Shown in pieces: positions 51,597-64,000 of a stretch of DNA of 64,000 nucleotides (within the stretch, counting starts at the first letter, position 1; every line of letters starts with the position of its first letter). The stretch covers positions 7,626,001 through 7,690,000 of the forward strand of contig OZ076421.1 in assembly GCA_964187785.1 (NCBI GenBank), read 5' to 3'. Under the pieces are notes generated by a model. The model was not told the origin of the DNA. It searched no databases and saw only the letters and a program-made list of their open reading frames with translations. A program made the translations under genes and the position numbers. This DNA comes from Amphiscolops sp. MND2022 (taxonomy: Eukaryota).

Positions 51597-54500
51597 TTAG
51601 AAGTGAATTTGGCGATGGCTGTCGAAGTTGAGTTTGGTGGCATTCTTGAGTCTGTTGGCTCTGAAGTTGTCTAGAGACATGAGAACTGAATTGGCGGCGG
51701 CCCCATTGGCCCCTGTCGACGAAGAAGCTGCAGCAGCAGCGGTGGAGGTGCTGTTGTTGTTTTTGGATGACAGGGAATTGGTGACATTGGGCACATACGA
51801 CAAAGAGGTTGAGGAGGAGTTGGTGTACTTGAACGAAGACTTCATGTTCACGGGAGACGCCGTGGAGGTGCGAGTTGATGACGACTGAAACCCAAACTCA
51901 CGCAGGTCTTTTATGCTCATTGAATTATATGACATCGTCATTACTCTGCCAACAGTGGGCATTTTCACTCGGGGTGCACCGGACAGCAAAATCTCTATAT
52001 GAAAGGAATAAACAGGAGCAATGTCGACAATTATTATTTTTGAAACGTGCAAAAGAGACATTTATCCCCACTCTCCGACAACAAGTTGGCGTAATGTACT
52101 TCTTGATATGCGGATTAATAGCTTTCGACATTATCAACTTTGAGCAATGAATAGTCAGTCTCGTTAGATGTGAATGGTTAAAGTGACTCTTACCTGCGGC
52201 GGCCCTGCAGAGGCAGCTGTGTTGTTGGAGTGTTGGGCGGCAGCAGAAGGGCGACCCACGGAACTGTACCTCAGAGGAGGCACGCTAGAGACATGACTCA
52301 TCATCAGCTCCGAGGAATGACTACCTGCAAAAAACAGCATTCATCTCCTTATTTGGATTGAAAAATCCACAAAACTTATCACTCAACAATTAAGTGGGGT
52401 GAGCGAAAGAGTAATTCAATCAACATTGATCCATTTTTGAACAGCTATTCGGAGCTTTATATACCTTATTTCTTCGGATACAGGCCGCCGCTTGTGAGTT
52501 TTTTTCGGTCTATATTCGAAGAAACATGGTAAGCTATGGCTTTTAGGATGCAATTTAGGCTTAATGCGGCTTCTAATCGGGGGCGGCTTATATTCGGGAG
52601 CGACTTCTTTTCAAAAATATACGGTACACATTTGAAAAACAACCGCGACTTTCATACAGCAGGACAAACGCGGCTTTTAATTGAGTTTCTTATTTGAGGG
52701 CGACTACTTTGGAGGGAGGGGAGGAGAGGGGTCACATTTGGAAGTGATGGAAGAGTACTTGGGGATAGGGTGACCTGACCTGACCTGACCTGACCTGGGT
52801 TGATGATGGTGACGGTGGCGGCGGGGGCACTTGTTTTCTTGGTGGGGTGGGGGGTTCCGTGTGCGGAGGAGGAGGGCTCCCAGTTGACTGCCACCCCACT
52901 GGACACGGCACTCCTCTGTCGGGGCGAGATGGAAGAGCGGCCGCCCCCGCCGCCACTGCTGCTGCTCACACCCACCACAGTCGCCTTGGCCACCACTTGG
53001 GCAGAAGACGTTGATGACACTACTCACACACACAACAGGGGGTATCAAAATACACATGGGTGTTTGCCTGAGTTAACTAAAAACTTTTGATATCGTAGAA
53101 TTTTTTCCTTTTACTCAGCGATTTCCAGCGTTTCATATTTTCAATAGGCACATTTTGTAACAGTGTCCGACGCTTACAGTGAAAAGTTTTTTTTCTGTCA
53201 GACCACAGGGCTCATGCTGAATGTTCCACTTCTTACAGACTTTACGCCTCTCAACTTATAAAGGGTACCCAAGGATGCTAAAGGCTACCTAAATTTTCGG
53301 GAATGTGCGACCTTTCGAAAAAAAAATTCATCAAATCAAATTTTGCTTTTTTTCTGTTTTCAGTTAGAGAAAAGCGCGTTTTCAGAGCACGAAAGGCTTC
53401 TTATATTTGTAAGATTTTTCCTTAAAAAACCCTGAGTATATTTTGAAAACATTGCGCTTTTTGAGCCTCAAGCGGAGCGCCGACTTGAGACGCTCCCGTT
53501 TTAAACTATTCAAAATCACCACTTTCTGTTGGAAACACGCGGGCAAAAAACTCAAATTCTCCCTCAAATGGGATCCAATATTCTACCAGTCGTCGACATT
53601 CAGTCTCGACTGAAATTTTTCCCCTATTTCCATGTGAAATGTAATCACAAGTCATTCATCCTAGCTTCTTTTGGAAAAGACGTCGGAAGATTTCTGAACG
53701 CCATTACATCAATTGATCATCTGAGTGACGACGACCTTATGAACTTTTCATACCCCCTGCAGCAGTCAAGGTGGCGCCCCCCGCCCCGGGAAGTCTAGTG
53801 GCCCCAGCCGACCCCTTGCGCTTGGAAGACTTCTTGGACGAGGCGGCACTGGAAGAAGAAGCGGCTCTCTTGGCAGCCGAGATCGCCGAGCTAGTCTGAG
53901 GAGAGACTCTGTCTTTGTTGTTATTGGTCCCTTCTTCAGCATTGACGTTGGTCGCCGCCGTTGTCATCGTCGTCGTGATATTAGTAGTCCTGCTTTCGCA
54001 GAATGCAATTATTGGGGAACGGACATTATATTACATTCTACCGAAAAGGTTCACTCGCGTTTGTAACTGAAGTTTGTATTACTGATTGAACTAGCTGCTT
54101 GAACGAGAACATTACATACCCGAACTAACAATCGGATGAGAAACTAAACAACTGACAAAAAGCAAAATTTTAGTGCTTTTTAGTCGGCGCCTTTTCCCTT
54201 AAGGAAAAAAGCCCGACTATTACAGTGGGTAGTTTTTTTCTTTTTCAGCTGACAATCACACTCTGAACGGTCCACTTTTTACAATCTTTTGTCCATTTGT
54301 TCAACTGATTTTCTGAGAAGCAGGAGACCGCGGGTTCGATTCTTGCACTAAGCCACAAATATTTTATGATTCCAAAAGTAGAGGTGAGACAAAAGGGTCT
54401 CCTCTTTGGGTTTTTTCGGCACTATGCGACTTTTTTTCGAAAATTTTCGAATTCTATCAAAGGGTACCCCCTTGCATTTTTTTTGAAGTTTTCGGTTTGT

Positions 54501-57500
54501 AAAAACGTTGAATGAGCCTGAATGGCCTCTTTTGAGTTTTTCGGCATTGTGCGACTTTAAAAAAATTTTCCAAATGTTTCCAATAGTTGTTCATTGAATA
54601 TTTTTGAGCCTTAGACAAGAACCACTTTTTACAGAATTTACATCCAAGTTCTAAAGACGTACCCCAAAGAGGCCAAAGGGTGCTCCCATGAGTTTTTTGT
54701 AGTTTCGCCGAATACTCAAAATACTTGGGACAGAAGGGTCCCCCAAAGAGTTGCATTTGGGCGGTTTTTCGAAGTTTTTTGTCGTTCATAAAAGATTCCT
54801 CCTTCGATTTTTTCATGTTTTCACTTTGGAAAACGTTTTTAAGAGCGTAAAGGCGCAAGAAACTAAACAATTGAAAACAAAATATTTGTCATGGGTGCTT
54901 CCTGTATGCGTGAAAGTGCTTCCACGAGTCGCATTGTCTCGTGTGTAGGAAGCCTAATGCACAAACATTGATACCTATGATGGCTGATTTGCCTGCTGAG
55001 AGATTAGCATTTCAGTCTCCGCCATTCACAATGACAGGTGTCGATTACTTTAACCGAAGTACATCTGAGAAAAGAACATTTCTGTTCACCTGTGAGACCA
55101 CACGTGATGTACAATTCGAAATTGTTTCTTCGTTGGACACAAGTGCATGTGTGATGGGTATCGAACGGTTTATGGAGCGACGCGATAAGCCATCAGTAAC
55201 TTGGTAGGATAGTGGTACCAATTTTGTAGGTGCGGAAAAGGAACTCTTTGCATCTAAAACTGGAACGAACAAGCTCCTGCCATTCATGTTGACAAGAGAA
55301 TAACATGGAAATTCAACCTACCGGCAACTCATCATCAAGAAGGCTCTTTGGGACGACTCATCAGGGAGCGTGCCCTTCACGCCATCCTACGCAATCAAAA
55401 GATGACTGAAGATGTTCTAGTCACTGCCTTCTGCCAAGTAGAACAAGCCCTTAACGCTCGCCTATTGACGCCGGCCAATTCCGACCCCGTGACTTTGATG
55501 CCCTGTTCCCAAAACATTTTCTACTGGGCAGACCCAGCTTATGTTAACCGTCGATAAGTACATCCATTGATGACTTCGACCACCAAAAAGATTCCCTTCG
55601 AGCCCAGGCAAACGCCATGAATGTTTTGTAGTTTTGTCGCATACTCAAAACTATGAGGCTGAAGGGTCTCGCCAAAGAGTTGCTTTCGGCTTTATGCGAC
55701 TTTTCGAAACTTTTCGCACTTCACCAAAGACTCCCTTCAATTTTTTTTCAAGTTTTCATTTTAGACGATACGTTTTAAGAGTGCAAAGGCGCAAAAAAAC
55801 TAAAATCAATTGAAAATTATAAAATAATTGGCGTGAGTGCTCCCTGTATGCATCAAAAATGAAGTAAAAATGAACAGAAAATTATACCGAGCTAGTATCT
55901 AGAATAAAGCTTTTCCGGAGTCCTGAATACGTTATGTTGCCAGTGATTTGATAACTGTTTAGGCTTTGTTGCATTCTGCAAGTGAGTTAGTGTTATGTGT
56001 AGTAGTAGTACTGTATGTTGTTGTTGTCGTCACTGCCGCCGCCACCGCCGCTGTCCTTGCTGCTACACAGCTCGTGGTCGAAAGAGGGTGACCTCAGAGT
56101 GAAGCGCAGTCTGTTCAGGTCTTCCTCCAGTTTGCGCTGCCTCAATTCCTCATTGGTTGCTGCGAACTGTCTCAACTCGTACGGACTGTACAGCGAGAGC
56201 CCACTGAAACACACACCATGTTTCATAACTATGCACCGGGATCTTTTCCGCCTTCAATTAACTAACAATAGACGCTTAAGCGAAAATTTACCTGCTCCTC
56301 AGTAAAAGGCAATTTAGTTCGGATATAACGTCAAAATTCGGATATAGTGCATTTCTTTGAACCTCCGCCTCCTCCTCAGTAAAAGGCATTTAGTTCGGAT
56401 ATAACGTCAAAAATTCGGATATAGCGCATTTTTTTGAACCTCCGCCTCCTCCTCAGTAAAAGGCATTTAGTTCGGATATAACGTCAAAAATTCGGATATA
56501 GCGCATTTTTTTGAACCTCCGCCTCCTCCTCAGTAAAAGGCATTTAGTTCGGATATAACGTCAAAAATTCGGATATAGCGCATTTTTTTGAACCTCCGCC
56601 TCCTCCTCAGTAAAAGGCATTTAGTTCGGATATAACGTCAAAAATTCGGATATAGCGCATTTTTTTGAACCTCCGCCTCCTCCTCAGTAAAAGGCATTTA
56701 GTTCGGATATAACGTCAAAAATTCGGATATAGCGCATTTTTTTGAACCTCCGCCTCCTCCTCAGTAAAAGGCATTTAGTTCGGATATAACGTCAAAAATT
56801 CGGATATAGCGCATTTTTTTGAACCTCCGCCTCCTCCTCAGTAAAAGGCATTTAGTTCGGATATAACGTCAAAAATTCGGATATAGCGCATTTTTTTGAA
56901 CCTCCGCCTCCTGCTCAGTAAAAGGCATTTAGTTCGGATATAACGTCAAAAATTCGGAAAAAGCGCAATATTTTCGAACGTCCGCTTCCTCTTTAGTAAC
57001 GTTAAAAGTTCAGATAAAACGGGCTGGGACAAATGGCAGCTCTTTTTCTAAGCAACAGGATATTAAATAAAGTGGAGATTTGGCAAAATTTTCAAAAAAC
57101 GCAACACAGATTATGATTTTCCTTTCACATACACAAATAAATTTGTGGGCGGAAAATAATAGTTGTACTATACTAGACTATACACTGTTTGACAAAACCT
57201 GCAGGGTATTTCTTTCCTTCAAAATCTTGCAAGATTGTTATATGTCGACAAATTAACATTTTAATCTATATTTCGAACAATTACGGATAGGCGGAACTCT
57301 TACATAAAGGGAATTATATCAGAACTTTGAATTTCAAACTTTCATCATAGGAATGTGAATCATAGGAAGAAATTATAATTATAGTTTAAAAATCATAATT
57401 CAAGATTCGGATCGAGATCATAACCACTTTTGTGCATCCTAAGATCGCAAAGCCACCACGAGCCACACATTTCAGTGAGATCCTTGCAAATATTTTTAAA

Positions 57501-60500
57501 GAAACGGAATTGATATTCTTGCAAGATTAACAAGCAAGTAGTTCTAAAGGGTCGAGTTGTTTCCACCAGGGTACAAATGGCTGCTGAAAGGGGTAAAATT
57601 AAGACTCACTTTTGCAGCTAAATTTGATTCAAATTTTTTAAGTGAAGCCTAACACACAGCTATTCAATTTTTGCTTTTGTTTTCATAATTGGCATCTTCA
57701 AGGATCACTCATTTTTCCGCCATTGCAAAAAAAATTCTGAACAACTCTAAGAACCTATTTCTATAAATTTGCAAGAAGAATAGTTTCAAATTGTTTCTCA
57801 TCACAAAAATCTTTCTTTTCGAATGTTGCAAGTTTCGTTTTTAAGCTTCGTTATTTGAATGAAGTAGAAGACCTTCGCTAAAAAAATGCTAACAATATAT
57901 AAACCTTTAACCCCAATTGACCTGGGTGTTTAAAAATTTTCAAAAAAATTTAAAAATTTAAATCATCAATATCTCCACAACTACGCGTACCAGAGAACTA
58001 CAGCGCGTTTGAAAGGTCTGTTATTGGGCTTTCATTTTGATCAGATGAGCCCCTGTCGCCGCGAGCCCCTTCCTTCAGAATTTTAGTTTCTTTTTCCGGC
58101 ACGGGGGCTTGTAGTAACAACATATTATTGGGGTTTGTTGCACCAGGACTTGTTGTGGAAGGGTATGTGGTTGGTTTTTTCTATTCATCAAAGACTTTTG
58201 AGAAAACTGGATTTCGTCAAAAACTGAATTTTGGGAAAATATAACTTTTTTCTGCAAAAAAAAACCATTTTTCTCAGCTTTGGAGACATTTTTCTCACTT
58301 TTTCTAATGCTTGTGACATTCAAATCAATCTAGATACCAATTACTTGCTGAAAAAAACTGTGCTAGAAAAAATGGGCTACTGGCAAAAGGAATCAGAATT
58401 TGGAAAAAAAGATAGGCTGCTTCAAAGCACCACTAGGTTTATTTGGGTTAACCAATTCACTTCTTTGAAGGTAGTGTTAGCTTACAAATATGAAATTTGT
58501 GACTATCTTTTTCAGAACAATATCTCTCTCGTCAACTCCTGTGAGTATTAGGTTCGTGAACAAACTGAAAAAAATGGAGCCATCCTTGTGCTTAATACAA
58601 ACAAAAGACTTCCATCTTTCAGTAATGTTCCAACTAATCTCATAATTCAAAACAGGATGAAACTAAACAGTAGCAGTGAAGGCATCGGGTTACATGGTGA
58701 CATTCCCTACCAAAACTTGACTACCACAATTGCTGATAATGGTGACGTTATCACTTCAAGCCTGTCCTTTGTCAACGCATTAGTGATTTGCTGTCTTGTT
58801 AGTGTTCAATCAAGATTTCCATCTCTCAGTGTCTCTAATGTTGTGGGGGAGGGGGATTATCGCCTTAGATTGGGACGTGGAGCAGTAACAAGTACTTCTC
58901 TTGTTGTTATGAACTATAGGTACTCTCTATAGCAGAGTTTTGACATCGCTAATCGCTAAACCGCTAATTTCAAAATCGCTTTTTCGTTAAAAACTTTCTT
59001 CAATCTATTGAATGTTTAGTATAAGTATGTTCCAAAATTTATCAATCATAATTTTATTCAATTTCTGCCGGAAAAAAGCTAGAATTTCTCATACTGTGGG
59101 TACGTTTTTTAAGTGTACGAGTTCTCCGTGTATACCCAGAGAAATTTTCAAATTTGGACAATCCATTAGTTTCCGCTAATTCGAATCGCTAATAAAAATC
59201 CTGAAAGTCTGCGCGGCCGCTAATTAGTGGTGTCAAAACTCTGCTCTACAGGACAATTGAGCATGCAACACCTAATGAATGGCGGGCGGGCGGCAGACTT
59301 GCTGCGAGAAAAGAACCAACACAACAGGGACAGGGAAACAAACTACCATCCATCCATCAAGGTTGGGTCAAGGAGTTAAAGTCACATTAATTAACTCCAT
59401 TTTAAACACTAATGACTCATCTGATTTTTAGTTGGCGCTTTTCTTGAAAAGAGCCGACTATAGTCATGGCTTTTCGTCAGTGTTTTTTTAATTTAAATTT
59501 TTTTTCGATACCCCTGAAGTGACCAAAATAGTTCTACCAAAAGTTCTACAAAATTTTAAATTGCCCTTGTTGGCCCAGGGAACTGAACCAAAAAGGTTTC
59601 CCGCGTAACATGCAATACCGGACGAGACCAGAGGGCCACCCCCCTTCAATTTTTTTCGGCATAGTGAGACTTTTTCAGAAAAAAATTTTCGGGTGCTGTA
59701 AAGACAATACTTTGACACTTTGGAGTCCTTTTGCTATTTTTGAGCCTTAGATATTCCACCGACTTGGGCCGGTCCCGGCTTGTTTATACATCTGACTCAT
59801 AATAAATATTATCCCTGATTAGGAAAGTCGCTGTCTCGTTGAGTGAAAAACGGCTAGTAAACGGAAAAAAGACGAAAAACATGACAATTTTAAGCCAACA
59901 ATTTTATGTCTCTTGATGTTTGTTGATTTTCATTTGGTATAAGATTGATCACGAAATATTCGAAAAAAAATAATTTGAAAAATGGATCTAGTATACCATA
60001 TTTCTTCGAATACCAGTGGCCTCAAATATAAGCCGCAAACTCACATGAAAATGAACTTATAAGCCGCGGTTTGTATTCATAGGAATACGGTACATTTCAA
60101 TCCGATCTGTGTAATCACTGATTCAACCCAACATTGATTGGTTAATCTTGGCGCAGATCATGCAAGCTATCATTCCGAAACTGACCTTCAAAATCATGAA
60201 TGAGAAGATTCAAACGGGGACAAATTGGCGAGCGGGCGGCTAATGCTTGAAAAACTTCCAGCTAAAAAGGAGGAAAAATTAGACAGAACTCAGTGATGGT
60301 ACAAGAAAACATGTATGTAAGCATAGACGACGACACGACACTCACACAAACTACAGCACATCACAGCGCGGGACTCAAGTCGGGAGCCTTTATTTAGCCC
60401 CAAAAAATTGAGGCCCGATTTTGAAATGTTATCTGAGGCCCGAAACGCTAATAGTCACTGATATAGCGCTAATAGTCACCGAATCGATCGGGCCTCAAAT

Positions 60501-63285
60501 TACACTAGCTTCGGGCCTGAAATATACTACCCTTCAAGTCCACCAGAGATGAATTTCAAACAAAAACCCAGAAGCACTGGAGTATTTTTGCCATTGTATA
60601 ATTCAAGAGAGCTTTGGAAAATGCGGTTAAATTTTAAAGGGAGATTCATTTGAATTTTTCATCTCTTAAAAATATGTTTCAACTTTTCAAATCAATAATT
60701 TCGAACAAGAGACAAATTGAGAAATTAGAAGCGATTGGCATCTGCATTGTTTTCGAAATTGGCAACTCTGAATGTTGCGATGCTCGAGAAAACTCCCAAA
60801 ATCGAAGTTTGAGATGATGCTTTGAAAAGAACACGAACTTTTTTCTTCCAATCGAAACTGTTGAGAAACGTTGAATCAAAATCAGTAATGTTTTACCCAT
60901 CCAGTTGAATCAGTAATCTAAAGCCCATCCTCTGTTTCAAAACAATGAGCCAGTCAATTTTGCGCCACAACTTTCTTTACCTTCAAAATTTTGAAACACT
61001 CTCCTTTACAAGTTGGTATAAGATAAAATAGCTGAATTTGAGTTACTGAGTTGCTTCAAACTTGAAAATATGAGAATCAGGATGACATGAAGTTCGCGAT
61101 TAATCACACAAACACCAAAAACACGCGTATTGTTGGGGCTACCAGTAATAGTATCTAAACTATTAATATTAAAAATGTTCTGATTGGTGGAAAAAAGGCT
61201 CATCCAAAAAAGGTTGATTCGAGGAATCTGATTGGTTTAGATACTAATTCCAGTTTCCCGCATTGTTGCAATTTGAGGGGAAGTCAAAATACTCACGGGT
61301 TGATTTTTTGAACGACGTGTTTAAAGCTGAAGAAAATAATCCCATTTGTTAATTATAAAACTTCAGGAGTATTAGCCTTCAACTTTCAATAGAACTGTTT
61401 GCACAAAATTTGAAGACTAAGGTGAAATATATAACCTGACAATTTTTGCTCCAAGCTCGCTTTAAGCAAGTAAAATTTTAGTGAAGTAAAACTTACTTTA
61501 GTCAAGTAAAACTTAAGTGAAAGAATTTCCACGACGAGACTTTTCCAACTTGATTGACCTTAGTTTGTCACCCTTGCAAATCAGACCTTATGAGGCAAAA
61601 AACTGCGAAAAACATCTCCAAGATTAACCAGAAAGCTCATCTATTTCATCCACAACTTTTCGTGGTAGAATCTGATTATAAAAAACATCCTGCAGTATTT
61701 TTTTCCAATTTCGAAGAGATTTGTAAAAACAATTCAAACTTGCAAAAAAACAAACCTGATAAATTAAATCAAAAGCTTTATCATAACAACCTGTACGCCT
61801 AATCAATTGAATGGAGAATAAAAATCTACACTTGAATATAGAGTAACAAGACGCGAACGTCCCAAGTCGTCGCCATATCTAAGGCTCAAAAATAGTTGAG
61901 GAACAACTATAGGAAACATTTGGAAATTTTTTTTCAAAAAAAGTATTTTTTAAAGAAGTCGCACAATGCCGAAAAACTAAAAAGAGGCCATTTAGGCTCG
62001 ATCTCCTGCTTCTCAGGAAATTAATTGAACAAATGAACTAAAGATTGTAAAAAAGTGGACCATTCAGAGTGAGATTGTAAGCTGAAAAAAAGCTACCCAC
62101 TGTAATAGTCGGGTTTTTTTTTCCTTAAGGGAAAAGGCGCCGACTAATAATACTACGAGTAGAGGATAATGATTTTTTTTGCTTTCACTCTTTTGGCCAT
62201 AGAATCTATCTAACTAGCAGTTAAGAGAGTTAAATAAACTAAATAAAAATAAGCTAAAGACTTGGAGTAGCGCTGCTTCACTGCTACTAGATTTGGCGAA
62301 CAAAACGGTTCGACAAATAAGTCTGGAAAAATCACATTAACGACGAAACATTAACAAACAAATGACGATAGTTCCGACTTGAACTGATGCATAATTGTCA
62401 TTGTTATTTTCCGCCCATATTTCATATGGGAAAGGAAAATATTTAAATCAAACGGGTTTTTTTTTTTTTACAAAATTTGCCAAGATTTTATTTACATGTA
62501 TATTTAAATTTAAGGGTGTTACCCATAGAATTCAACCCACATAAATTTAGCTTCGTGCGATATGTATTTGTAGAGATTTTTGAAGTTTTTTTAAAAAATG
62601 ACGAAAATGACCCCTTAATGACAAAATGACCCCTTAATGACAAAATGACCCCGAAAATGACAAAAATTCCCAAATTTCTCATTTTTAAACATTTTTATGC
62701 AATTTTTGCCATTTTTTCAGACACCGCGAATTAGAAAAATGGACAAGATGAATCGAAGCTTTCTTTTCTTCGAACTTCTCAGCGTTTTTATAGTGCAATA
62801 GTTATTCTTGAGCCTCCTCCTCAGCGGGCGTCTTGTTTAAATTTAAAATTACCTTTTCGCCAACGCATTTACGAAATGATTGGGAAGGATTGGGAAGAAT
62901 ATGAACAAGAATATGAACAGATGCATATTCACTAACAAAGAAAAAGAAAGTTGCAAAAGTTGAAAAAGGTTTTTTGTTCTAACAAAAGGTGAAATTTCAC
63001 TGAAAAGTACTACTACTAACTAGTTTTTGAATAGCACGTTTTCAGCTCTGGGGGGGCCATCGCTGGGCAAATCAGCGGAGACCAGAGGAGAGGTTTGGGA
63101 CGATAGTCTGGCTGTGTTGGGCATCGAGGACTGGGTCGAATGACTGAGATGTTGTTTGAGAAGAGCCTGTTGTTCCTTTATGTCCTCCCCAGCTACCACT
63201 GTCGCATGCAGTAACTTCATGTACGCGTCACAGTCGCCAGGGGGCGCTGACCCTACTACGCCATTCTGCGCCGCCGATTTGGTGC
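51597..63285 (-). CDS. Multi-exon host gene of unknown identity (5' end not found), Ser/Ala-rich C-terminal half
   Basis: GT-AG exons with consistent phases: 63285-63038, 60261-60186, 58538-58486, 58072-58002, 56203-56012, 53989-53754, 53019-52795, 52324-52194, 51884-51597 (stop). Joined peptide includes DCDAYMKLLHATVVAGEDIKEQQALL, LEVFQALAARSPICPRLNLLIHDFEGVDERDIVLKKIVTNFIF, GLSLYSPYELRQFAATNEELRQRKLEE and ends NFRANRLKNATKLNFDSHRQIHF. Some donors are weak, and extra exons between 60.3 and 63 kb are possible. Confidence 0.65.
52464..52624. mobile_element. Tc2/pogo-like MITE with TA TSD
   Basis: ta|ccttatttcttcggata ... aaaatatacgg|ta. Confidence 0.65.
54170..54915. mobile_element. Abundant repeat family copy (intronic) with tRNA-like box
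   Basis: ttagtcggcgccttttcccttaagg...ccgactattacagtgggtag and gcgggttcgattc at ~54330. A reverse, internally deleted copy lies at 61845-62147. Confidence 0.6.
54900..55600 (+). pseudogene. Bel/Pao LTR-retrotransposon integrase fragment
   Basis: PMMADLPAERL....PPFTMTGVDYF, FLFTC.TTR.V.FEIV.SLDT..C..GIERF..RR, DSGTNFVGA, ITWKFN.P, VEQALNAR.LTP...DP. Confidence 0.88.
56291..56998. repeat. 77-bp tandem repeat, ~9 near-identical copies
   Basis: cctcctcagtaaaaggcatttagttcggatataacgtcaaaaattcggatatagcgcatttttttgaacctccgc...; acctccgcct at 56361 and 56438. Confidence 0.95.
58933..59243. mobile_element. hAT-type MITE
   Basis: TIR CAGAGTTTTGACA.C.CTAAT at both ends; 8-bp TSD ctctatag/ctctacag. Confidence 0.85.
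59426..59784. mobile_element. Abundant repeat family copy
   Basis: Ends ttttgagccttagatattccaccgacttgggccggtcccggcttgtt. Confidence 0.65.
59996..60090. mobile_element. Short Tc2/pogo-like MITE with TA TSD
   Basis: ta|ccatatttcttcgaata ... ggaatacgg|ta. Confidence 0.6.
61845..62147. mobile_element. Abundant repeat family copy (internally deleted)
   Basis: Starts aacaagacgcgaacgtcccaagtcgtcgccatatctaaggctcaaaa; 3' part is the reverse complement of 54180-54330. Confidence 0.65.
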
Positions 63286-64000
63286 CTACACATAACACGG
63301 TCATGGACATGCAATCGAAACCACTGTATTGTACACGATATATGAAAAATTATACGGAATCCACGATTTATTAAACGAATTACATGTTATACGAAGATGC
63401 CATATTATACGAGATATACGGAGAATCGCTTTTCAGTCATTTTGCGTCAATTTTCCCAGAACGCGCCAAAGAAGGTTTTGGAAATTATGAATATTTTCGA
63501 ATGAAATTCATCCAAACATGGCAATATACGGTATTCGGAGAGGGGGCTATTGCAATCCCCTTTTTGAAGCAATTAACACTTTCCAATAAAAAATGATCCA
63601 AAAATTGTGCCTTTATACCATATTAGAGACCAATTATAAGAATATACGAAACCTTCAATTATACATTTACACGTTATTAGAGGATCTCTGGTCGAAACGA
63701 AACCCATTACGATAATACACTGGTCGAAACCCATTATTCTTTTCTAATTCATTGACGAATTAGTCGAAGCAACTCGTTTGTATATTTGTACAAATAGTTC
63801 TAAAATACGCTTTTCCGACTCCTTTTATGAAACAATATTTCAGCGAGTTCCTTAAATGCTGCAAATTTTGATTTTTATAAAACACAATTCAAACAAAAAC
63901 TCCACGAAAATTTCTGTGAAAATTCAGATATTGCCAATCAGCAATGGGTAAGTTATCAATTTTCGTGTGATAAGTTTATTGTGTCCTTACCCTACTCAAT

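Noticed and set aside
51628-56305. Plus-strand low-complexity ORFs (51628-51888, 52800-53090, 56015-56305)
   Set aside because: Antisense shadows of the minus-strand exons, which have proper splice sites.

Overview
AT-rich, repeat-dense eukaryotic (metazoan-like) DNA. The repeat landscape reminds me of the acoel Symsagittifera roscoffensis, which I cannot verify. The centrepiece is a full-length but decayed 20-kb Polinton/Maverick (adintovirus-like endogenous virus) at 26386-46407. It has AGTAGT-starting terminal inverted repeats, a 6-bp target duplication (cttgca/cttgcg), a fragmented protein-primed DNA polymerase on the minus strand, and a plus-strand block of packaging ATPase, integrase, minor capsid, core protein, major capsid and adenain-like protease. 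Inside it are a 4 x 1.18-kb higher-order tandem array built on ~178-bp TGACGTCA-containing monomers and accessory ORFs, one with a candidate HUH-endonuclease motif. Elsewhere: a ~7.7-kb LTR-bounded element with no recognisable gag/pol (4104-11792, next to a 200-N gap), a PLAC8-domain host gene exon, a phase-consistent 9-exon minus-strand host gene of unknown identity (51597-63285), a Bel/Pao integrase fragment, several MITE/SINE families and three tandem-repeat arrays. All homology calls come from motif recognition by eye; no searches were run.
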